From NCBI GenBank assembly GCA_026014495.1, contig JAOZIF010000136.1:3886-67885 (forward strand): a stretch of 64,000 nt of DNA, given 5' to 3'. The notes beneath the pieces are model-generated. The model had not been told where the DNA came from, made no database searches, and saw nothing but the letters and a program-made list of their open reading frames with translations. Positions 1-8,273 of this stretch are shown piece after piece; position 1 is the first letter of the stretch; every line of letters begins with the position of its first letter. The translations under genes and the position numbers were made by a program. The stretch comes from Candidatus Bathyarchaeum sp. (GTDB taxonomy: Archaea > Thermoproteota > Bathyarchaeia > Bathyarchaeales > Bathyarchaeaceae).

Positions 1-32
1 AATAAACTAAAAAGATTTGGCAACAAAAACCA

Positions 33-94
33 GCCAAGCATATTAGGAGACTAATAGAGGTACATTGTTGAAAACAGTCTTTTTTATGAAAAAC
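33..94 (-). repeat. Copy R1 of a ~60-bp interspersed intergenic repeat (working consensus TTTTCTGAAAAAAGGTTGTTTTCAACAATGTACCTCTATTAGTCTCCTAATATGCTTGG)
   Basis: Reverse complement reads GTTTTTCATAAAAAAGACTGTTTTCAACAATGTACCTCTATTAGTCTCCTAATATGCTTGGCTG. 26 nt are identical to the copies at 13456 and 55151, and the last 27 nt are identical to the copy at 56051. Confidence 0.85.
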
Positions 95-134
95 TTAAGC
101 AACAACAAATCACGTTACTTACAGGTGTGCTTGC

Positions 135-476
135 TCAACTAGAACTGTATACTTTGTATCTGCGTTCACATCTTGAACAGCGCTTCAACAAATCCTCTAG
201 GCTCTTTTTTTTATCAACAAACCCCAACTTTTTCACAGACTGCCATTTCTCATCAACATCTGAGCAGTGATTGTAGCCTCTGCGCTTCATCTCTTCAACA
301 AGCTCTTCGTGACGAGCATACATGCTGTGAACTTCAAGCAGTCCCTTCTCCAAATAGCCCTTCACAGTTTTTCCGTGACACAAAGTTCCAATAAACATGT
401 GAATCTCCACATGCTCCCCCAAAAGATGCTGGCGACACATAATCTTCGGGTCTACCATCCACATTCGCATAAACAA
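135..476 (-). CDS. Pyrimidine-dimer DNA glycosylase-like protein (T4 endonuclease V / DenV-type family)
   Basis: 113-aa ORF. MRMWMVDPKIMCRQHLLGEHVEIH and RHEELVEEMKRRGYNH resemble the N-terminal and mid-protein patterns I recall for DenV-type glycosylases. Not searched. Confidence 0.5.
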   Translation of the reverse strand: MFMRMWMVDPKIMCRQHLLGEHVEIHMFIGTLCHGKTVKGYLEKGLLEVHSMYARHEELVEEMKRRGYNHCSDVDEKWQSVKKLGFVDKKKSLEDLLKRCSRCERRYKVYSSS

Positions 477-512
477 ACTACAGTAAACTTAGAGAATTAA
501 AACTATCTCAAA

Positions 513-565
513 CATATATTCCCCCATAACAGAGCATTGTTGAAACACGTTTTTAGTGAAAAACC
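513..565 (-). repeat. Copy R2 (diverged) of the ~60-bp intergenic repeat
   Basis: Reverse complement reads GGTTTTTCACTAAAAACGTGTTTCAACAATGCTCTGTTATGGGGGAATATATG. The left half is conserved (TGTTTCAACAATG) and the second hairpin is disrupted. Confidence 0.6.
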
Positions 566-699
566 AAACAAAAAGCCTGTTTTACCTAAATTATTGGACA
601 ATACGAAGAGCCTATAACCGCCATCAGCTCCTCAAATAACCGAAAGAAATAAAGAAGAACCACTTACTATTTGCTGAAGAGTAAAGAGAATGTGATTAC

Positions 700-1800
700 A
701 TGGGCAAAATTAGGGTTGGCGTAATTGGCGTAGGAAACTGTTTCGCTGGTCTAGCTCAAGGAATCGAATACTACAAGCGAAACAAAACCCAAAAATTAGG
801 ATTAATGCACGAAACAATCGGAGGTTACGGAATCGAAGACCTCGAATTTGTTTGCGCTTTCGATGTCGGAGAAAACAAAATAGGCAGACCCCTAAACGAA
901 GCAATCTTTTCAGACCCAAACTACGTAGACTGGGTTGACAGTGCATCGAGTTGCACAACAAGAAAAGTCAAAGAAAGCCCAACTCTTGACGGCGTAGGCA
1001 TCTACGTTGCAAGCATGATTAACCCAATTAAACAAACAAAACCCACACAAGAACTCGAAAAAGAAGCAATTGAAGAAATAAAAGCAACAAAAGCACAAAT
1101 CCTAATCAACTATCTGCCTGTGGGCAGCCAGAAAGCCACAGAATTTTGGGCAAACATCGCCCTTAAAACAGGTTGCGCATTCATAAACTGCATGCCCGTA
1201 TTTATTGCATCCAATAAAGAATGGCTCAAAAAGTTTGAGGCTGCAGGTCTTCCAATTGTAGGAGACGACGTCAAAGGCGTAATCGGCGCAACAATAACTC
1301 ACAGAACATTAGCCAAACTTTGCGTAGACCGCGGAGCATCAATAGACCGAACATACCAGATTAACGTCGGCGGCAACACAGACTTTGCTAACATGCTTGA
1401 ACGAGAACGGCTGGAAAGCAAAAAAATCTCAAAAACCGAATCCGTACAAAGTCAAATACCCGAAAAACAACGCTTAAACGCTAAAGACATATACATCGGA
1501 CCAAGCGACTTTATTCCCTTCCTGGGTAACACCAAACTAGCATTCATCAGAATAGAAGGAAGAATGTTCGCAAACATACCCTACAACATGGAAATCAGAC
1601 TAGACGTAGACGACAAAGCAAACTCAGGCGGAGTAGCAATCGACGCAATAAGATGCGCACAACTAGCCCTAGACAAAGGAATAAGCGGCAACCTAACATA
1701 CACTTCAGCATACCTCATGAAACACCCAATGGAACAAATGGGCGACGAAGACGCCAGAGAAAAACTGGACAACTGGATTTCTGAACTAGAAAACAAGTAG
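700..1800 (+). CDS. ino1: myo-Inositol-1-phosphate synthase (bacterial/archaeal short type)
   Basis: 366 aa. IRVGVIGVGNCFAGLAQGIEYY, NMLERERLESKKISKT and SAYLMKHP align closely with the mycobacterial-type Ino1 sequence as I recall it. Confidence 0.85.
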   Translation: MGKIRVGVIGVGNCFAGLAQGIEYYKRNKTQKLGLMHETIGGYGIEDLEFVCAFDVGENKIGRPLNEAIFSDPNYVDWVDSASSCTTRKVKESPTLDGVGIYVASMINPIKQTKPTQELEKEAIEEIKATKAQILINYLPVGSQKATEFWANIALKTGCAFINCMPVFIASNKEWLKKFEAAGLPIVGDDVKGVIGATITHRTLAKLCVDRGASIDRTYQINVGGNTDFANMLERERLESKKISKTESVQSQIPEKQRLNAKDIYIGPSDFIPFLGNTKLAFIRIEGRMFANIPYNMEIRLDVDDKANSGGVAIDAIRCAQLALDKGISGNLTYTSAYLMKHPMEQMGDEDAREKLDNWISELENK

Positions 1801-1814
1801 CAGGAACACAAAGC

Positions 1815-2441
1815 TTGCCCAGCAAACCCCGCCCCCTTCTCATTTCTTGCGGTATCTTGCGAAAAGAAATCGAAAAACTCATAGAACAAAAACAACTTGA
1901 TGTTGATGTTCACTTCTTGGATGCAGGTCTACACGTAGTTTACGCTGAACTAGAAAAAGAAATAGTTTCTGCGCTCAAAAAAGCAAAAGACCACGCAGAA
2001 AACGGAATAGTTGTTGTCTACGGCGACATGTGCCATCCACGAATCAAAAAAATCGTCAAACAATACCGCAATGCCGTCAAAGTTGACGCCTTAAATTGCA
2101 TCGACTGCCTTCTTGGCGGACACAAAAACCTTCTACAGGCAGACCCAAAATGCAGTTACTTCTATTTGTCTCCAGGATGGATGCCTTCAAATCTCAAACA
2201 AACCGAATATTTTCGAGAAATCTTTGACTGGAACTTGGAAGGCATAAAAGAGCAATTTGAACACCTTAATGGGTTAATTATAATCGATTCTCTAGACAAC
2301 CTAAACGAGCTAAAAAGTGACATAGAAGAATTCAGTGAAAACACGGGACTTGCTGTTAAAGAAACAAAAACTGTGGGACTTGATGGACTAAAGTCTGTTA
2401 TCGATGAAGCAATAAAAAAACTTCAAAGCTCAACAAAATGA
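1815..2441 (+). CDS. DUF1638-like protein
   Basis: 208 aa with a TTG start. LLISCGILRKEIEKL ... HFLDAGLH ... IVVVYGDMCHP fits the DUF1638 pattern as recalled. Confidence 0.45.
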   Translation: MPSKPRPLLISCGILRKEIEKLIEQKQLDVDVHFLDAGLHVVYAELEKEIVSALKKAKDHAENGIVVVYGDMCHPRIKKIVKQYRNAVKVDALNCIDCLLGGHKNLLQADPKCSYFYLSPGWMPSNLKQTEYFREIFDWNLEGIKEQFEHLNGLIIIDSLDNLNELKSDIEEFSENTGLAVKETKTVGLDGLKSVIDEAIKKLQSSTK

Positions 2442-2455
2442 GTATCAATGACTTT

Positions 2456-3349
2456 TTAGATTGTCAGAGAGTGTTTGCGGTATTTGAAAAGTCCCGGAAA
2501 AATGTAGTATGTCGACCCTTTTATCGCGTAGCCAAGAGACTTTGCGATGTCATAGCCATCGCTTACTCTGGTTATGGTTCTTGTGAAAACTCCGGCCTGC
2601 TGTTCATATGAGATTCTTCCGAACCTTCTCATTAATCTAGAAATCTTTTGGTCCTCAGAAACTCCCAACTCTGAATCATAAGGTCCATACCCGTCCTTGG
2701 ACATTTTGGATGCAACGTCACGCAACAATGTTATGCTACATCCGGGAACGCTTGCCCCCATCACTGGAATTCCCAAAATTTGTATTGTTGGCAGCTTGAG
2801 GGAAAACCAAGTCAAAAAGTTCGCTCCCATTATTCCAAATCGTCTTCCAAGCTTGAGGCTGTCTCTTGGTCTTAATGATGGAACCGTGGCTACAACATCT
2901 TTGTGTTTGAATGCAGAATACATTACTTCAAAATAGTTTTTGTACTCGTCTAAATCCGAAAAAATGTAGTCTTTATCCATTTCTGTTCCTGTCGAGAAAA
3001 GTGAGTCAATGTCATGAAAAACAATTATTTTTCCCTTGGAATGCCTAAACCCTAAATTCCGTCCTATAGCAGGAGTATCCCACTTTGGGTACTTGATTAT
3101 TCCCGACTTTAACAGTTCTTTTCTGTACTTTTCATATTCTCTAGGAGAAATTATTTTACAATCACAGATTTCGGGGAACTCTGCGTTTTCTCCTGCATCT
3201 GCAACCAAAAACTCGATTGCATTGCTTTTTCCTGTTTTTTCTTCAAAAACCTTTTTTGCAATCTCCCAGTTGTTAAATGCCTCTTTGAGGGCTTTTGTAT
3301 CTTTCTCGCCGCGTCCAGTTGTTATAACTGAGAAGATTGGGTTTTGCAT
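2456..3349 (-). CDS. Glycosyltransferase, GT-A/GT2-like
   Basis: 297 aa. FSVITTGRG N-terminal strand and AIGRNLGFRHSKGKIIVFHDIDSLF (a DxD-type motif after a nucleotide-sugar loop) are typical of family-2 glycosyltransferases. Confidence 0.45.
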   Translation of the reverse strand: MQNPIFSVITTGRGEKDTKALKEAFNNWEIAKKVFEEKTGKSNAIEFLVADAGENAEFPEICDCKIISPREYEKYRKELLKSGIIKYPKWDTPAIGRNLGFRHSKGKIIVFHDIDSLFSTGTEMDKDYIFSDLDEYKNYFEVMYSAFKHKDVVATVPSLRPRDSLKLGRRFGIMGANFLTWFSLKLPTIQILGIPVMGASVPGCSITLLRDVASKMSKDGYGPYDSELGVSEDQKISRLMRRFGRISYEQQAGVFTRTITRVSDGYDIAKSLGYAIKGSTYYIFPGLFKYRKHSLTI

Positions 3350-3474
3350 AACCTCTTGTAGAACAAGAATGGCTTTTATCTTTTACCCGAATATCTCAAT
3401 AAACCATACAAATAATCCGTTTGTAGCATGCTGGCAGTTGCATTCCATTTGTCTAGCCAAGACTATCTAATGTG

Positions 3475-4263
3475 CTACGATTTGGTAATGTGCCTTACGT
3501 ATACTACTGCAGAAATGGCTGAAATCCACGCCGCCACATTCTGGCACAAAACATATCTTAACACGATGTCACTCTGAGTTAATGACTGTGCACTATTTGA
3601 GACAAATCCTCCAAAGATGTTTCCAAAAGCTGGGGCTATAGAATCTAAGCTACTAGCAATAGGAACCAATGCATTACCGAGTCCCTCCATAACTCCTTGT
3701 AGTGGCGAAGTTGTGCTGTATAATGCAGTAGCAAAATCGGTGAACAGTTTTGGATAAATTAATACCGACACTAGGATAGCTGACAGCAAAAAAATCGTTA
3801 AGACAGTTAATGTGCTTTCAAGGGCAGTTCTACTGAAACTGAGTTGATGTTGTTTAGTTGAGCCTTCGCTAGAAAGAGTTGCGGTGATTTTGGTGAAAAC
3901 TTTTTTGACTGTTCCAAACGTGTTTTGTGTGAGTGTTTTACGCTTTTTTCTTCCTCTTGCACGCCTTACCTGACTTTTTGATGCCTTAGACGGAGCTTTT
4001 ACACGTGGTCTAATGGCTACATATTTTGTAAGGTATAACCAGCTTAAGACTAAGACAGCTATCACTGCCAAAGGAAGAATATGAAACAATGTACTGGCGT
4101 ACAACTGGTTTGCAGAAACTTGTGTTAGTCCTAAGCCTGCAAAAAAAGAGACAATGAAATATTCGGAAACAAATGCTAGAGCAAAAAACGACCCTATTGT
4201 TAACAGTCCCTTTTGGGACGTCCATTTGAACATTGAACCATCGTTTTGTCCTTTAGATTCCAC
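3475..4263 (-). CDS. Hypothetical polytopic membrane protein with a strongly basic loop
   Basis: 262 aa with a GTG start. Several hydrophobic helices flank the loop KAPSKASKSQVRRARGRKKRKT. No family recognised. Confidence 0.5.
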   Translation of the reverse strand: MESKGQNDGSMFKWTSQKGLLTIGSFFALAFVSEYFIVSFFAGLGLTQVSANQLYASTLFHILPLAVIAVLVLSWLYLTKYVAIRPRVKAPSKASKSQVRRARGRKKRKTLTQNTFGTVKKVFTKITATLSSEGSTKQHQLSFSRTALESTLTVLTIFLLSAILVSVLIYPKLFTDFATALYSTTSPLQGVMEGLGNALVPIASSLDSIAPAFGNIFGGFVSNSAQSLTQSDIVLRYVLCQNVAAWISAISAVVYVRHITKS

Positions 4264-4664
4264 TGATACTTTCCCTCACGATATTGTCTTAAACACTTGA
4301 ACCATTTTGGGTGTGTATTACTTAAGATAATGGCCTTCTTATTTAATTTTGACTCAACTTCATTCATAATACACTCCCTTTCATGCCTCTAAAAACACAT
4401 GCTATGTCCTTGAAATAGACAACATTTGCTCTATGCCCGACAGCCAGCATTTTACCATCAGCCGTTTTTATGTGTAACTTGTAACTGCCTTATGTGAATC
4501 ATTTCATGTTCTTCTGTGTCATGGATGATGTGTAATACAAACATGAATGCAAAGTATAAATTACGCCTCCGTAACATTTTAAACAACTGTGAAGCATAAG
4601 CTAGCTTTGCTTTAGATGCGGTTGATGGAAACTCCTATAACCGCAAATCAAAAGGAGACAATGC

Positions 4665-5639
4665 ATGCCAAAAGCCTCTAAAAAGGGATTGCTTAAGCTG
4701 TACAAGGACCATAACGTGCAGCTTCTTATTAGCAAGTTTGTTAGCGGAGAGCTTGACGCACTGAATCCAACTTTTGACCCAAAGCAGGGTTTTAGATATC
4801 CAATTGTGGATAACCTAGTTGGGGACTCTAGCACCGAAGACTTTTTGCAGAGTCTCTCTGATGGTGGTGTTCTAGAGAGAAAGCTTTACGACAAAATTGT
4901 CTATTGTCCCTCATGTAATTCAGCGAACGTTTCGATTCATTATACTTGCCCCCACTGCAAGTCGTTTGACGTTAAAAAGAGCGCCTTGATTGAACACATA
5001 AAATGTGGATACATCGACACTGAAGACCACTTTCAAAAAGAAGGCAAACTAATCTGTCCTAAATGTAACAAACCTTTACTCGCTCCTGATGTGGACCATC
5101 ACAAAGCAGGAGTATGGTGCACCTGTAACCAATGTTCAAAGAGCTTTGACATTCCAGTTCCAGCACATTTTTGTCGAAAATGCGAAGAAAACTTCACTTT
5201 CGACGAAGCAATCTACAAAGACGTTTACTCCTACACTTTGACCCCAGAAGCGGCAAAAGAGGCAACGGTAGGTTGGATTATGATTGCTCCCATTATGGAA
5301 TTTTTGGGAGATAAGGGATTCGAAATCGAAAGTCCAGGTTTCTTGGACGGAAAATCTGGAACGCGCCACATGTTTGATTTAATTGCGGTTTCTTCTAAAA
5401 AGAAGAAAACAACTGCGATTGACTTAGCAACATCTAATGACGGTGTTGTATCTGAACAGTCAGTGATTTCTATGTTCGCTAAGGTTTTCGACGCTAATCC
5501 AGACCAAGCTTGTCTTGTTGTGATTCCAAAAATGACTGAAAGTGGCAAAAAATTGGCAGCACTCTACAAGATTGATTTGATTGAAGGTAAAGATCAGAAT
5601 GCTGCAATAGATGCCTTGAAGAGTTGTGTATCACAATAA
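4665..5639 (+). CDS. Multi-zinc-ribbon protein with a C-terminal alpha/beta (possibly nuclease-fold-like) domain; candidate regulator next to the pilus locus
   Basis: 324 aa. Four CxxC pairs (CPSCNS..CPHCKS; CPKCNK..CNQCSK..CRKCEE). The C-terminal part GTRHMFDLIAV...TAIDLAT...LVVIPK looks like a small alpha/beta module. Confidence 0.55.
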   Translation: MPKASKKGLLKLYKDHNVQLLISKFVSGELDALNPTFDPKQGFRYPIVDNLVGDSSTEDFLQSLSDGGVLERKLYDKIVYCPSCNSANVSIHYTCPHCKSFDVKKSALIEHIKCGYIDTEDHFQKEGKLICPKCNKPLLAPDVDHHKAGVWCTCNQCSKSFDIPVPAHFCRKCEENFTFDEAIYKDVYSYTLTPEAAKEATVGWIMIAPIMEFLGDKGFEIESPGFLDGKSGTRHMFDLIAVSSKKKKTTAIDLATSNDGVVSEQSVISMFAKVFDANPDQACLVVIPKMTESGKKLAALYKIDLIEGKDQNAAIDALKSCVSQ

Positions 5640-5640
5640 C

Positions 5641-6060
5641 TTAATTTCCAGAATAGACTGCTATGTTTCCACGTTCTGTTACAACTTTGATTGTGTAACT
5701 TTCTGCTGGTAAAGATATGTCTTCTGACGTGTATGTTTTTGTTTCTGCAGAATTCACAAAGACGCTTACGTCGTACTGTTGATGGTCTTTTTCGGTTATT
5801 ACCCACAATGAAACCAGATGCACTGTTAGCCCCCCGTTGTTTTCGAAGGTAAATTCAGACTCTTTCTTGACGCTCTCAACGTTGGTGATGTTGATGTTTT
5901 CTTTCATTTTTTCCCAATCCACTTGGGTCATCTCATAATTCCACAAAACAATATCCGAAACGATAGCCAAAATAATCACTAGACTGAGGGCAACAACAAT
6001 CACGTTGCTGACACCGCGTTTGTCACGTTTAAATCGGCGCCATGTAATAGTCCACAACAA
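5641..6060 (-). CDS. Archaeal type IV pilin-like protein (class III signal peptide)
   Basis: 139 aa. The N-terminus RFKRDKRG/VSNVIVVALSLVIILAIV is a basic stretch followed by a hydrophobic helix. The C-terminal motif YTIKVVTERGNIAVY is shared with the neighbouring pilin. Confidence 0.75.
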   Translation of the reverse strand: MLWTITWRRFKRDKRGVSNVIVVALSLVIILAIVSDIVLWNYEMTQVDWEKMKENINITNVESVKKESEFTFENNGGLTVHLVSLWVITEKDHQQYDVSVFVNSAETKTYTSEDISLPAESYTIKVVTERGNIAVYSGN

Positions 6061-6433
6061 TTGTTCCCCTCTCTGTTACAACTTTAATTTCGTATGCCGA
6101 GTCTGCTTTCCATTTGTACTTTACGTTTAACCATCCATGTTCCCCTTGTTCTAACTCAAGAGTTGTAATCGATTGCCTTGTGCGATTCACATATACAGAA
6201 GATATTTCGATTGGAACCTTGCCTACATTACGAACATACAATGAAACCTGATTTTTTGAGTTAAACCAAACATCTTCGACAATAAGGCGTTCACCCATAT
6301 TATCGTGTAGCCCATCAGTGATAACATATGTAGCGCCAACAGCAATTGACATACCCGCCACTGCGATTACAGTCAGTAAGAGACTGCTTAGCACTGGGGT
6401 TATTCCCCTCCTGTTCCGCAATAGCTTTCTCAC
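6029..6433 (-). CDS. Archaeal type IV pilin-like protein (class III signal peptide)
   Basis: 134 aa. MRKLLRNRRG/ITPVLSSLLLTVIAVAG is a textbook archaeal prepilin N-terminus. C-terminal YEIKVVTERGTIVV is paralogous to ORF 5641-6060. Confidence 0.8.
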   Translation of the reverse strand: MRKLLRNRRGITPVLSSLLLTVIAVAGMSIAVGATYVITDGLHDNMGERLIVEDVWFNSKNQVSLYVRNVGKVPIEISSVYVNRTRQSITTLELEQGEHGWLNVKYKWKADSAYEIKVVTERGTIVVDYYMAPI

Positions 6434-6449
6434 TTTGTCCTTTTCTCCG

Positions 6450-7265
6450 TCACACTATAAATTTGAATGCTAAATATCCACAGGTCAACAGAATGACACT
6501 GTGTTTTAAACCTCCGCCAACAGTTCCTTCGCCCATTTTACCTGCAACCAAACCTCCAAAGAATGCTTGGATTGCACTCATGTGAAAGAAAATGCTTCTT
6601 GCCTCACTAGTTGACATTAACTCAAATTGGCTGAGTTCAAAATCCGTCACGTCAACAAAGAATGATTTGAATAGCATAATAACCGTGAAAAGAAAAACAA
6701 AGAATGCTACGTAGATTATTGCAAGATACGGTCTAGTCTGTGTTTTACGTTCATCATCAAACGTTAAAGTTGTCTGCACAAATTTTTCTAGAGGCTCAAA
6801 AACTTTTTCAACCTGCCCTCCTGAACGCTGAGCTTCAAGAATCAACGGAATTGTTTGCCTCATAAGCGCAGTGTCAACACGCTTACCTAAGGACTGAAGG
6901 GCATCTTCAAAGGAGACTCCCCAGCTCATCTGAGCCACCATTTTTTGCAGTTCCTTGGTCATGGATCCGTAATTTCTTTTGGAAGCTTCTTCCAAGGCTT
7001 GTGGCAAGGTCATTCCACTTTTTTGGGCTTGAACTATGCTTCGAAACAGGTCAGGAAAATGCTTGTCTACTGATCGTTTCCAACGATAGTCCACGTAATC
7101 AAGAACTGCAGGAGGAAAAACAGTGATTACCACCGCCAATAGAAAATACTCATCAAAGAGGGGGCTGTCCCTGAGGAGGAGTATAGCTGTAACGCATATG
7201 ATGAGTCCTAGGGAACCCGAGACAATCCACGCGATTTTCTTTTCCCATGTTTCGATTTTAGGCAT
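6450..7265 (-). CDS. Type IV pilus platform protein, single T2SSF domain (TadC/FlaJ C-half-like)
   Basis: 271 aa membrane protein. It has a cytoplasmic helical T2SSF-like segment (GMTLPQALEEASKR...MSWGVSFEDALQSLGKRV) and lies 3 nt downstream of a second T2SSF ORF and the ATPase. Confidence 0.75.
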   Translation of the reverse strand: MPKIETWEKKIAWIVSGSLGLIICVTAILLLRDSPLFDEYFLLAVVITVFPPAVLDYVDYRWKRSVDKHFPDLFRSIVQAQKSGMTLPQALEEASKRNYGSMTKELQKMVAQMSWGVSFEDALQSLGKRVDTALMRQTIPLILEAQRSGGQVEKVFEPLEKFVQTTLTFDDERKTQTRPYLAIIYVAFFVFLFTVIMLFKSFFVDVTDFELSQFELMSTSEARSIFFHMSAIQAFFGGLVAGKMGEGTVGGGLKHSVILLTCGYLAFKFIV

Positions 7266-7268
7266 AAA

Positions 7269-8273
7269 TCATCTCTTCGGTGAAATCATGTCTATTATTA
7301 TTAGAAATATCACTGAGCCTATCGGTAAGCCAAGATATGTAAGGAGCTGTAACATTAGACGAGAATCTAATGGACCAAAGCCCCCGCCACCTAGCATTGA
7401 CATAACCGCAAGCATTACTACAAAGATTAGAGACCCCGCTACCATCAAAGTGACATAAAATTCTGCTAAAACTGCAAGGCTGTCAGAGAAACGTTTCAGT
7501 GCAATCTGTTTTAGCTTCATGTATTGCTGGGAGCGGTTTCTGAGATATTTTACCATGCTTCCTCCTGAGTGAACGACTGAAATGAATCCTTCAAGTAGTT
7601 CTTTGAATCTTTCAGAAGGTGTTAGATTAGATGTTGTTTCCAGTGCTGAATTGACATCAAAGCCGAAAAGCTCCACATCCCGAACCACGTTTTTTGCAAC
7701 ATTAGAGACTGCCAACGAATCGTCAACTTGAGCTAAAGATCGCCATATAAAATCTGGAGGTACACCTGCTCCTGCCAAAATTGACATGTACCCTGCAGTG
7801 AATGGAAGGTCATCATCTAAGGCTCTTTTTAGGCTATCTGCTTTGTAGCTTGGATAAGCATAAAAACCAATCACAGTTACAGCTCCAGCGAGCAAACTCA
7901 TTCCAACTCCAAAAAGAAGCGCCATCAACACAGAAAGATTAAAAACGAAAAACAGCAGTGATGGAACAACAATAATTATTGAGGCTGACACCAGCAAACT
8001 TGCTAGAATTGCTGTGCTTACGTACGCTTTGAAGTTGGTTTTCATTCCTGATTTTTTTAAACTGCCATCAAGATCTTTGAATAGTGGAAACAGCCGCGTT
8101 GTTCTTTCTCCCACAAGTTGATACGCAAAAACCTGAGGCTTAGTTTTGCCCAATCTGAGACTCTCACTCCACCTTGAAAACCAGCTATTACTAGGCGTGG
8201 AACTGCTCTGAAAAACACTTTTGATGCGATAATAGGCTTTTTTGAGCCACTTTCTTTTGTCGTTTGTGCTCAT
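7269..8273 (-). CDS. Type IV pilus platform protein, single T2SSF domain (TadB/FlaJ N-half-like)
   Basis: 334 aa polytopic protein. Its start overlaps the stop of the ATPase gene at 8273. It has a T2SSF-like helical segment (DLPFTAGYMSILAGAGVPP...). Confidence 0.7.
   Translation of the reverse strand: MSTNDKRKWLKKAYYRIKSVFQSSSTPSNSWFSRWSESLRLGKTKPQVFAYQLVGERTTRLFPLFKDLDGSLKKSGMKTNFKAYVSTAILASLLVSASIIIVVPSLLFFVFNLSVLMALLFGVGMSLLAGAVTVIGFYAYPSYKADSLKRALDDDLPFTAGYMSILAGAGVPPDFIWRSLAQVDDSLAVSNVAKNVVRDVELFGFDVNSALETTSNLTPSERFKELLEGFISVVHSGGSMVKYLRNRSQQYMKLKQIALKRFSDSLAVLAEFYVTLMVAGSLIFVVMLAVMSMLGGGGFGPLDSRLMLQLLTYLGLPIGSVIFLIIIDMISPKR

Noticed and set aside
4200-4367. 55-aa minus-strand ORF (MNEVESKLNKKAIILSNTHPKWFKCLRQYREGKY...) with a good AGGGAG Shine-Dalgarno, overlapping the 5' end of the 262-aa membrane-protein gene.
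   Set aside because: It overlaps the neighbouring ORF by 35-65 nt in another frame, and I cannot assess motifs or conservation. It is too uncertain to call as a feature.
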